Assembly (NCBI GenBank): GCA_031414535.1
Contig: JANNVQ010000031.1
Coordinates: forward strand, 1-48,835
DNA length: 48,835 nt
Origin: Gemmatimonas sp.
GTDB lineage: Bacteria > Gemmatimonadota > Gemmatimonadetes > Gemmatimonadales > Gemmatimonadaceae
Direction: 5' to 3'
The translations under genes were made by a program, and so were the position numbers. Of this stretch, positions 8,921 through 18,218 are shown piece by piece. The notes beneath the pieces were generated by a model that was given only the letters and a program-made list of their open reading frames with translations, made no database searches and was not told the origin of the DNA. Position 1 is the stretch's first letter, and the number at the start of each line of letters is the position of its first letter.

Positions 8921-10438
8921 ATGCGCATCGTCGTCATCGGAAGTGGATTTGGGGGTTTGGCCGCAGCTATTCGCTTGCAGGCCCAGGGACACGAGGTCAC
9001 GATCGTGGAGCAACGCGATCAGCCGGGTGGCCGCGCCTACGTGTACAAGCAGGACGGTTTCACCTTTGACGGTGGGCCGACCATCATCACCTCGCCGTGG
9101 CTCATTGATGACCTCTTCACGTTGGCCGGCAAGGAAACGGCGGACTACGTGAACATCGTGCCGATTGATCCGTTTTACCGGATTCGGTTCGAGGATGGGA
9201 GCGTCTTCACGTACAACAGCGACCGCGAGGCACTGCTCAGGCAGATTCGCAGCTTCAACCCGCCTGACGAGAAGGGCTACCTGAAGTTCGTGAAGGCCAG
9301 CGAGGCGGTTTTTGACGCTGGCATGTCCCTGATTGATAAGCCCTTCTTGACGATGGGCTCGATGGCGAAGGTGCTGCCCGATCTCATCCGTTTGCGGGCC
9401 GACCGCACGGTGGCCGGCTTGGCCAACATGCACCTGTCGGACGAACGCCTGCGTCAGGTGTTTTCCTTCCACCCCCTGCTGGTGGGCGGGAATCCCTTCC
9501 AGACCACGAGCATCTACGCGCTGATCCATCACTTGGAGCAGCAGTGGGGCGTGTGGTTCGCGATGGGCGGCACGGGCAAGCTCGTGGAATCCTTCGTGAA
9601 GCTGTTTGAGGACATCGGCGGCAAGATTCGGCTGTCGACGACGGTCGGCGAGATCACGGTTGATGATCGCACGGGCAAGGCCGATGGTGTGCGCCTCAAG
9701 ACCGGCGAGCAGATCCGGGCCGACGCGGTGGTGAGCAACGGGGACGTGGCGTTCACCTACAAGAATCTGATTGCATCCAAGTACCGCAAGAAGAACACCG
9801 ACGCCCGCATTGACGGGCTCGATTACTCGATGTCGCTGTTTGTGATCTACTTCGGAACGGACAAGAAGTACGAGGACATCGCGCATCACGAAATCCTGAT
9901 GGGCCCGCGGTACAAGGGCCTGCTGAACGACATCTTCAATACCAAGAAGCTGTCGGATGATTTTTCACTGTACCTGCACCGCCCCACGGCCACGGACCCC
10001 TCGTTGGCGCCACCGGGCTGCGATGCGTGGTACGTGCTCTCTCCGGTGCCGCATCTCGGTGGCAACACCGATTGGAAGACGAAGGCGCAGCCGTATCGCG
10101 ATTCCATCATCAAGTATTTGGAAGAGCGCTACATGCCCGGGCTCTCCAAGCACATCGTCACGGAAACGCGCATTGATCCGCTGCACTTCCGCGACACGCT
10201 CTCAAGCCATCTTGGCTCGGCATTCTCAGTGCAGCCGACGCTGATGCAGTCGGCGTACTTCCGTCCGCACAACAGGAGCGAGGACATTCCGAACCTGTAC
10301 TTCGCCGGGGCTGGCACGCATCCTGGCGCAGGACTGCCCGGCGTGATCAGTAGCGGGAAGATTGTGGCCGATCTTATCGGTGAGGCCAGTGGCGACGTGC
10401 GTCGGCGCTCGGCACACGTGGACTTGGCGGCCGTCTAG
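8921..10438 (+). CDS. crtI: Phytoene desaturase
   Basis: GSGFGGL FAD-binding site, FTFDGGPTIIT, GAGTHPGAGLPGV C-terminal motif. Confidence 0.95.
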   Translation: MRIVVIGSGFGGLAAAIRLQAQGHEVTIVEQRDQPGGRAYVYKQDGFTFDGGPTIITSPWLIDDLFTLAGKETADYVNIVPIDPFYRIRFEDGSVFTYNSDREALLRQIRSFNPPDEKGYLKFVKASEAVFDAGMSLIDKPFLTMGSMAKVLPDLIRLRADRTVAGLANMHLSDERLRQVFSFHPLLVGGNPFQTTSIYALIHHLEQQWGVWFAMGGTGKLVESFVKLFEDIGGKIRLSTTVGEITVDDRTGKADGVRLKTGEQIRADAVVSNGDVAFTYKNLIASKYRKKNTDARIDGLDYSMSLFVIYFGTDKKYEDIAHHEILMGPRYKGLLNDIFNTKKLSDDFSLYLHRPTATDPSLAPPGCDAWYVLSPVPHLGGNTDWKTKAQPYRDSIIKYLEERYMPGLSKHIVTETRIDPLHFRDTLSSHLGSAFSVQPTLMQSAYFRPHNRSEDIPNLYFAGAGTHPGAGLPGVISSGKIVADLIGEASGDVRRRSAHVDLAAV

Positions 10439-11437
10439 ATGGTATTGCCGGGCTTCCTCCGCGAGGACGACGCGCAATTGGCGCGTTTGGACGCGCAGCA
10501 TTGCGAGACGCTCACGCGGGCGCACGCGCGCACGTTTGCGTTGGCGAGTTCCTTCCTCCCGCCGCGGAAGCGTCGCGGGGCATTCGCGGTGTATGCGTTC
10601 TGCCGACTGGCCGACGACATCGTGGACCGCAATCAGGGGAAGGACTCGACGTACCTGCAGGCTGAGCTCGATGCGTACCGAGCGGGTGTGTCCGAGGCAA
10701 TCACTGGGAACCCCGATGGCCCAGTGTTCCGCGAGCTGTGGCGCTGCGTCAGCGAGTACAGCGTGCCCGCCGACGTGCTCGAGGAACTGCTCAATGGCGT
10801 GGCCCGCGATGTGCATCCTCAGGGGTACAGCACCTGGGCCGAGCTGTCGCAGTACTGCGAGGGCGTGGCCGCTTCGGTGGGTGCCATGTGCACCTACATC
10901 TTCGGCGTGACGGGCGACGCGGCAGTGCGAGATCGCGCCGTGAAGTACGCGCGCACGCTCGGGGTTGCCATGCAGGTGACGAATATCCTGCGCGACGTCG
11001 GGGAAGACGCGGCGATCGGCCGCTGCTATCTGCCCGACGAGGTGCTCTCGGCCTTTGGCATCAGCGCCGAGCGCGTGCTCAACGATTCGACGCTCAAGGA
11101 CGATCCGAACTGGAAGCGCTTGATGCGGCACGAAGTGGCGCGCGCGCGCGCCCTTTACCGTGCGGCCTCGCCGGGAATCGCCTTGCTTGAGCCCGACGCC
11201 CAGCGCTGCGCCCGCGCCTGCGCGGATGGATACGCGGCGATTCTCGGAGCCATCGAGCGCAACGGGTACGATTCGTTCAGCGTCCGTGCCCGGGTGGGGA
11301 ACTGGGCGCGTGCTGGACTACTTTGGAATGTGTGGCGCTCAGGGGCAGAGGTCCCACCGGCGCACGCCAACGGCCCCGTGATCGAATGGGGCGCACGGCA
11401 ATTATCCCGACCAGAAGAGATGGTGCTCAGCCGATGA
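10439..11437 (+). CDS. crtB: Phytoene synthase
   Basis: YAFCRLADDIVD, YCEGVA, QVTNILRDVGED and GRCYLP motifs; follows crtI. Confidence 0.94.
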   Translation: MVLPGFLREDDAQLARLDAQHCETLTRAHARTFALASSFLPPRKRRGAFAVYAFCRLADDIVDRNQGKDSTYLQAELDAYRAGVSEAITGNPDGPVFRELWRCVSEYSVPADVLEELLNGVARDVHPQGYSTWAELSQYCEGVAASVGAMCTYIFGVTGDAAVRDRAVKYARTLGVAMQVTNILRDVGEDAAIGRCYLPDEVLSAFGISAERVLNDSTLKDDPNWKRLMRHEVARARALYRAASPGIALLEPDAQRCARACADGYAAILGAIERNGYDSFSVRARVGNWARAGLLWNVWRSGAEVPPAHANGPVIEWGARQLSRPEEMVLSR

Positions 11438-12366
11438 ACTCGACACCAACGTTGCGAACTGAACCGTATGCCCTCGACAAGGCCGCACAGGGACTCCTGT
11501 GGGGCCATCTCGCGCTGATTGCCTTCGCGACCGCCGCGATGGTGACCATCCTCGCCGGTGAGTTCCCCGTGTGGATGCAGGGCCCGTACACAGCCACGGT
11601 CTACAAGCTCGGCTGGAAGTACTCGGGTCAGGTGTACATTCTGCTCGGCACCTTTGCGGTGTTGATGCACTCGGCGCCGCGGTTTGGCTGGGGCAAGGCC
11701 ATCACGCTATTCGTGGTCGCGAGCGGCGTGGCCCTGCTCTCCGAACTCGGCGGCACCAACATCGGATTCCCGTTCGGTCCCTACCGCTACACCGAGATGC
11801 TCGGCTACCGCATCGCGAACGATGTGCCGTATCCGATTCCGATTTCGTGGTACTACATGCTCTACTGCTGCCTCGCGTTCTGCGGGCGCATTCTGAGCAC
11901 TGACGACTCGCAGAAAACCAAGTGGACGTGGTCGCTCATCTCGGGCGCCTTCCTGACGGCTTGGGACGTGCCAATGGAAGTGCAGATGACCAACGTGCAG
12001 CCCCCGCACTGGGTGTGGGAGCTCGACAAGTTTGCACCTTGGGTGCCTGGCTGGATGAGCGAACCGATCTTTTATGGCATGCCGCTGTCCAACTGGGTGG
12101 GCTGGTACATCACAGGCGTGGTGGTGAGCCGACTGATGCTGGCCATCGTGCCGCCAACCAAGTGGCGCGAAACCACGGCGGCTTTCGCCTTCCCGCTCGT
12201 GCTGTACGCCACCAACGGAATCATGCCGATTGCCACGGTGGCGAGGCACGGTTACTGGTGGGCGGTGATCTTTGGCGTGGTGGCGATGGGTGCCCCGCTC
12301 TGGCTAGCAATGCGGGCCCGCCGCCGAGTCGTTCCCGCCCTTGGAGCCACCCCCGCAACCGCTTAG
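11434..12366 (+). CDS. cruF: Carotenoid biosynthesis membrane protein, CruF-like 1,2-hydratase
   Basis: SELGG...GFPFGPYRY, WDVPME, GMPLSNWVGW motifs; ATGA overlap with the crtB stop. Confidence 0.8.
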   Translation: MNSTPTLRTEPYALDKAAQGLLWGHLALIAFATAAMVTILAGEFPVWMQGPYTATVYKLGWKYSGQVYILLGTFAVLMHSAPRFGWGKAITLFVVASGVALLSELGGTNIGFPFGPYRYTEMLGYRIANDVPYPIPISWYYMLYCCLAFCGRILSTDDSQKTKWTWSLISGAFLTAWDVPMEVQMTNVQPPHWVWELDKFAPWVPGWMSEPIFYGMPLSNWVGWYITGVVVSRLMLAIVPPTKWRETTAAFAFPLVLYATNGIMPIATVARHGYWWAVIFGVVAMGAPLWLAMRARRRVVPALGATPATA

Positions 12367-12467
12367 TTTTAGCGGTTCAGGCAGCCTCCCGCCCCGCCTC
12401 GGCGAACCTCGCCCGGGCGGGGCGGATTGCTCTGACAAAGCCCTCCTCGAAGCCGATACCTATTCGT

Positions 12468-13712
12468 ATGGAAATCCAGATCACCGCTACCAAGGCCGAA
12501 GGCGCAGAGCGCCGCCTCCAGGTGGCTGTCCCGGCAACTCGCGTTGCCGAAGCCCGTAACAAGGCTGCCGCGCGCGTCTCCAAGCAGGTGCGCATCCCCG
12601 GCTTCCGTCCCGGCAAGGCGCCGGCGGCAATGGTCCGCAAGCAGTACGCGCAGGCGATTGACCAAGAGGCTGTGGAAGCGCTCCTGCGCGAGGCCTTTGA
12701 GCAAGTGCTCTCCAAGGAAAATCTGGACCTCGCCACCCAGCCGCACGCGCACGACGTGAAGTTCGGCGAAGACGAGTCGCTCTCGTTCGAGCTGCATTGC
12801 GAAGTGCGCCCAACGCTTGAATTCAACAAGCTCGAAGGCTTCCGCGTGATGCGGCCGAAGTCTGAGGCAACCGACGAGATGGTGCAGGAACAGCTCGACC
12901 GCCTCATGGAGCAGCGTGCCACGTGGACGCCGGTGGAAGGCAAGCCCAGCGAGGGTGATCTCGTGACGGTGACGCTGGCCACCGCCGAGGAAGACGGCAC
13001 GATTCCGGAAGGACGCGAGTACCGCATCGTGCTCGGCGCCGGACAGGCCATCGTAGGCATTGAAGAACTCGTACTCAACCTCGCGCCAGGCGAGACGGTT
13101 GAGCAAAGCGTAAAGTGGCCCGATGATTTTCCCGACGAGGCGCAGCGCGGCAAGACCAAGCCGGTGCGTGCCACGCTCACGGAAGTGAAGCGCAAGTCGT
13201 TGCCGCCCATGGACGATGCCTTTGCTGCCGAGATGGGCGACTTCGCGTCACTGCAGGCGCTCAAGGACACGGTGCGCAAGGATCTGGCCGAGAACCTGAC
13301 ACGCGAAGCCGATGCGGCGGCGCGCACCCAGTTGCTCGATGAGATTGTCACGGCAAATCCGTTTGACCTGCCGCCGAGCTGGGTGAAGCAGATGGTGAAG
13401 GCCTACGCCGAGGCGTATCGCATTCCCGAGGAGGAAATCGTCAAGTTCGGTGATGAGATCAAGGGGATGGCCGAGCGGCAGGTGCGTCGCGACTTGATTC
13501 TCGACACGCTGGCCGAGCGGCACTCGCTGACGGCCGGCGAATCTGACGTGGACACAAAGGTTGCCGAGATGGCCGAGAAGCGTGGTGAGGATGCGGGCAA
13601 GCTGTACGCCTCCTTGCAGAAGGCTGGTCGCCTCCGCGAGCTTGAGAGGAGCATCACCGAGGAGCGTGTGTTTTCGTGGCTCCTTGAGCGCAACACCATC
13701 GAGCAGGCGTAA
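12468..13712 (+). CDS. tig: Trigger factor
   Basis: IPGFRPGKAP ribosome-binding motif, FKBP-like domain; precedes clpP. Start trimmed to MEIQIT. Confidence 0.96.
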   Translation: MEIQITATKAEGAERRLQVAVPATRVAEARNKAAARVSKQVRIPGFRPGKAPAAMVRKQYAQAIDQEAVEALLREAFEQVLSKENLDLATQPHAHDVKFGEDESLSFELHCEVRPTLEFNKLEGFRVMRPKSEATDEMVQEQLDRLMEQRATWTPVEGKPSEGDLVTVTLATAEEDGTIPEGREYRIVLGAGQAIVGIEELVLNLAPGETVEQSVKWPDDFPDEAQRGKTKPVRATLTEVKRKSLPPMDDAFAAEMGDFASLQALKDTVRKDLAENLTREADAAARTQLLDEIVTANPFDLPPSWVKQMVKAYAEAYRIPEEEIVKFGDEIKGMAERQVRRDLILDTLAERHSLTAGESDVDTKVAEMAEKRGEDAGKLYASLQKAGRLRELERSITEERVFSWLLERNTIEQA

Positions 13713-13794
13713 GACTGGCGTAGTGAGACTGGCGCAAGAGACGAGTCACCGTCGGCGGATGGCCGGCGGTGCTGTACCCCGAGAGGAGTAGCAC

Positions 13795-14466
13795 ATGGCG
13801 ATCATTCCGAATCCGTACGTCATTGAACGCAGCAGCCGTGGCGAGCGCAGCTACGACGTGTACAGCCGCCTGCTGATGGACCGCATCATCTTTCTCGGCA
13901 CGCCGGTGAACGATGACGTGGCCAACATGATCATCGCGCAGCTGTTGTTCCTTGAGGCCGACAACCCCGGCCGCGACATCCACCTGTACATCAACTCGCC
14001 GGGTGGCAGCGTCTCTTCGGGTCTCGCGATCTACGACACGATGCAGTTCCTGAAGTCGCCGGTGAACACGATCTGCATGGGCTTGGCCGCCTCAATGGGA
14101 GCCTTCCTGCTGACGGCTGGCGCCAAGGGCAAGCGTTCGGCGCTCCCCAACTCGCGCATCATGATCCACCAGCCCTCGGGCGGTGCGTCGGGCACGGCGT
14201 CGGACATCGAAATTCAGGCTAAGGAGATTCTCTATCTCCGCGGCCGCATGAACGACTTGATGGCCAAGCACACGGGCCGTCCGCTGGAGCAGATCGAGCG
14301 CGACGTGGATCGTGACCGCTTCATGAGCGCCGACGAGGCCGTGAAGTATGGCCTGATTGACCAGGTGATCACGAACCGGTTGGAAGCTGAGGCGACGGCG
14401 GCCAGCGCCGCCAGCGCAGCGACGACAGGCGCCGCCGTCACGGCGGCCCTCGCGAGCACCAAGTAG
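13795..14466 (+). CDS. clpP: ATP-dependent Clp protease proteolytic subunit
   Basis: [32 protein letters not shown] gaggag. Confidence 0.99.
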   Translation: MAIIPNPYVIERSSRGERSYDVYSRLLMDRIIFLGTPVNDDVANMIIAQLLFLEADNPGRDIHLYINSPGGSVSSGLAIYDTMQFLKSPVNTICMGLAASMGAFLLTAGAKGKRSALPNSRIMIHQPSGGASGTASDIEIQAKEILYLRGRMNDLMAKHTGRPLEQIERDVDRDRFMSADEAVKYGLIDQVITNRLEAEATAASAASAATTGAAVTAALASTK

Positions 14467-14479
14467 GGCGTTTTTCTTG

Positions 14480-14525
14480 GCTGGAGGGCTTGTGAATCTT
14501 TTCACGAGCCCCCAGCTGTTTTCTT
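14480..14525 (+). terminator. Probable terminator between clpP and clpX
   Basis: gctggagggcttgtgaa / ttcacgagcccccagc stem followed by tgttttctt. Confidence 0.55.
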
Positions 14526-14640
14526 ACCGCGGTCCCTGCCCTAGCGTTACGTAGGTGGGTTCGTAGAAGTCGAAGGAGGCCGAGTCTCCAACGATTTAGG
14601 GCTCCACCCGATACTAGTAGTACGTGAAGTGGCAGTTCGC

Positions 14641-14661
14641 ATCCGTTTTCCGTCTTCCGTC
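14641..14661. repeat. Family B half-element upstream of clpX
   Basis: atccgttttccgtcttccgtc, three degenerate heptamers. Confidence 0.5.
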
Positions 14662-14669
14662 CCAACGCA

Positions 14670-15910
<1,241 letters not shown>

Positions 15911-15914
<4 letters not shown>

Positions 15915-16570
15915 GCGGGTCAGACGGGGCGCCGGAAAAGTCCGCGCCCGACCCGCTGCCGATTCGCAAGATCGACTACCTAGGCCCGATGGCGGCGGCC
16001 GGTGGCTGGCGGCCCGAGACGACGCTACCCGAAGTGGCCTTCAGCGGCCGCTCCAACGTCGGCAAGTCCTCGCTAATCAATGCCTTGGTGCGCCGGAAGG
16101 CCTTGGCGCGCGTATCGAAGACGCCGGGCCGCACCCGTGAGATTCACTTCTTTGGCATCAACGATCAGTTCACGCTCGTGGACTTGCCTGGGTATGGCTA
16201 CGCGAAGATCTCTAAGGATCGCCAAGCCGAATGGCGGCCGCTGATCGAGGGATACCTACGGCACGCGCCGAGCCTGAAGGGGATTGTTCAATTGTTGGAT
16301 GTGCGCCGCGAACCGACGGAAGAGGATTTCGCGATGTTCGAGATGCTGTCTGATCTTGGGCTTCCGACACTGGTCTGCGTGACGAAGACGGACAAGCTGT
16401 CGAAGAGTGCGATTGCCAAGCAGGTGGACTCTTTGGCGCAGCAGTTGAACTTGGATCCTGAGCAGGTGATTGCGTTCTCGGCGGTGACTGGCGCTGGGCG
16501 GCAAGAGTTGGCGGAGGCGGTGATGTCGCTCGTGTCGTTGCCGGAAGTTGTGGCGGAGCCCACGGAGTAA
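15911..16570 (+). CDS. engB: Ribosome biogenesis GTPase YihA/EngB
   Basis: [24 protein letters not shown] motifs; overlaps the clpX stop. Confidence 0.96.
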
Positions 16571-16585
16571 CTGCTGACGGCTTCT

Positions 16586-16705
16586 TCACCACGGAGGCAC
16601 GGAGGCCCGGAGAACTGCAAAGAGCAAAGCCTTTTTGTGGGGTCCGGCTCCGAATGTTCCGCGTGTGCTCTGTGCAGTCTCCGCGCCTCCGTGTCTCCGT
16701 GGTGA
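16586..16705. repeat. Family A REP/REPIN-like palindrome
   Basis: tcaccacggaggcacggaggcccggaga ... tctccgcgcctccgtgtctccgtggtga; arms have 8-nt periodicity. Confidence 0.85.
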
Positions 16706-16733
16706 TTGTTGTTTCTTCGTGAGGATACGCTGA

Positions 16734-17567
16734 ATGCCAAGAATTCCGCTGCAGAAGCTGCCTCCGTTAGCAACCGAGAAGGTCGAGGACGCGTGGATTG
16801 CACATCTCTCCGCGCGACTGGCTGATGCGAGCACAGATCGTGCCCTGCTCTGTCGCGACACCCTGCTGGAGCTGAGCTATCCGGGGATGGTGGGGCGCTA
16901 CGAGGAGGCGATGGCTGATCTGAAGACGCCGCTGGGTGCGCAGTTGGCGCTGGCCGCGCTAGATCCGCGCAACATCACGCTCGAGCCGGAGTACTACGGC
17001 GACTGCGATCAGGCCAAGTTCCAGCGCGTCAAACCGCTGCTGTGGCTCTGGTATTCCTTTGATCGCCTACCGATTGGCGGACAGAACGTGCAACTCGGCG
17101 TGAAGCTGAGGCGAGCACTCGCGCCGCACATCTTCAAGCGGGTGGGCAAGAACTTCAAGTGTTTTCAACACGTGGAGTTCACCTTCGGTTACAACCTGGA
17201 AGTGGGGGATGACGTGGTGGTGCATCGCCACGTGCTGCTCGATGACAGAGGGGGAATTCGCATGGGGAATCGCGTGAGCGTCTCCGACTACGCCAACATC
17301 TACTCGCACACGCACAGCATCGTGGACCAAGTGGATGTCACGAATGCGTTGACCGTGTTGTCCGATGACGTGCGGGTGACGTACCACGCGACGGTGCTTG
17401 CCGGCGTGCACGTGGGCGAGAACGCGATGGTGGGAGCGAATGCCGTGGCGACGAAGGACGTGCGGCCGTATCACGTGAATGTCGGCATTCCGGCCAAGTC
17501 GGTGCGCGTGAAGCCGAATGCGCCAACTGGGCGGGTGTCGCTGGCTACGGATCGGGCGAACGAGTAA
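16734..17567 (+). CDS. Hexapeptide-repeat (LbH) acyltransferase
   Basis: Hexapeptide repeats VGDDVVVH, MGNRVSVS, VGENAMVGANAVATKDV...VGIPAK. Confidence 0.88.
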   Translation: MPRIPLQKLPPLATEKVEDAWIAHLSARLADASTDRALLCRDTLLELSYPGMVGRYEEAMADLKTPLGAQLALAALDPRNITLEPEYYGDCDQAKFQRVKPLLWLWYSFDRLPIGGQNVQLGVKLRRALAPHIFKRVGKNFKCFQHVEFTFGYNLEVGDDVVVHRHVLLDDRGGIRMGNRVSVSDYANIYSHTHSIVDQVDVTNALTVLSDDVRVTYHATVLAGVHVGENAMVGANAVATKDVRPYHVNVGIPAKSVRVKPNAPTGRVSLATDRANE

Positions 17568-17574
17568 CTGCTTC

Positions 17575-17727
17575 TCACCACGGAGGCACGGAGGCTCGGA
17601 GACTGCCACCGAGGGAACTGCAACTGCATCTTGAGGGGGGCTCGCACCGATATCTCGGCGCGAGCCCCCCGAGGCCATCTTGCTCTTGTCGTCTCCGTGT
17701 CTCCGTGTCTCCGTGTCTCCGTGGTGA
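17575..17727. repeat. Family A REP/REPIN-like palindrome with inner hairpin
   Basis: tcaccacggaggcacggaggctcggaga ... (ctccgtgt)x3 ctccgtggtga; inner ggggggctcgc/gcgagcccccc hairpin; lies between convergent genes. Confidence 0.85.
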
Positions 17728-17740
17728 ACGCCGGTAAGGC

Positions 17741-18205
17741 TCAGCGCACCGGAACCGAAAGCACGTCATGGACTTCCGGCGTACGCAAAAGATCGTACGC
17801 ATCATCGAGATGCCGGCGCTCGTGGGGCCAGCTGTAGCGACGGCGGGCCTGAGAGATGGTGAGCCAGCCGTGCTTGTCGTGCTCATCGCCCCGGACGACG
17901 GGGGCATCGGGAGCCACGACGGCGGCGAAGACGGCCGCGATTTGCACGGTGCTGGTTGGCACAAGGTAGAACGGATGCATCGTGATGCTGAGCAGGCGCT
18001 CTGGCTTGAGACCCGTCTCCTCGAACAGTTCTCGCTGCGCGGCGTCGGGGAGTGACTCGCCTTCCTCCACCTTGCCGTGGACCGTCTCCCAACTGCCGGG
18101 GCAGCGGACGTTGCCACTGCGGCGCAGCGCGAGCACCTGCCACCCGCGCTCCACTGGGCGGAAGGCAATCACATCCACGACGCGGACTTCGATAGAAACG
18201 CTCAT
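17741..18205 (-). CDS. NUDIX hydrolase (NudB-like)
   Basis: Nudix box GKVEEGESLPDAAQRELFEETGL; start trimmed to MSVSIEV. Confidence 0.88.
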   Translation of the reverse strand: MSVSIEVRVVDVIAFRPVERGWQVLALRRSGNVRCPGSWETVHGKVEEGESLPDAAQRELFEETGLKPERLLSITMHPFYLVPTSTVQIAAVFAAVVAPDAPVVRGDEHDKHGWLTISQARRRYSWPHERRHLDDAYDLLRTPEVHDVLSVPVR

Positions 18206-18218
18206 CGGGCCTGCGGGA

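Noticed and set aside
8840..12467. tRNA-integrated genomic island for the crt genes
   Set aside because: No duplicated tRNA 3' end or adjacent integrase is visible.
16564..16715. Family A hairpins as stray attC sites (a TAAC follows the stop codon)
   Set aside because: There is no complementary GTT box at the proper spacing and no L''/L' architecture.
16586..17727. Family A or B repeats as a CRISPR array
   Set aside because: They are dispersed inverted repeats with no regular spacers and no cas genes.
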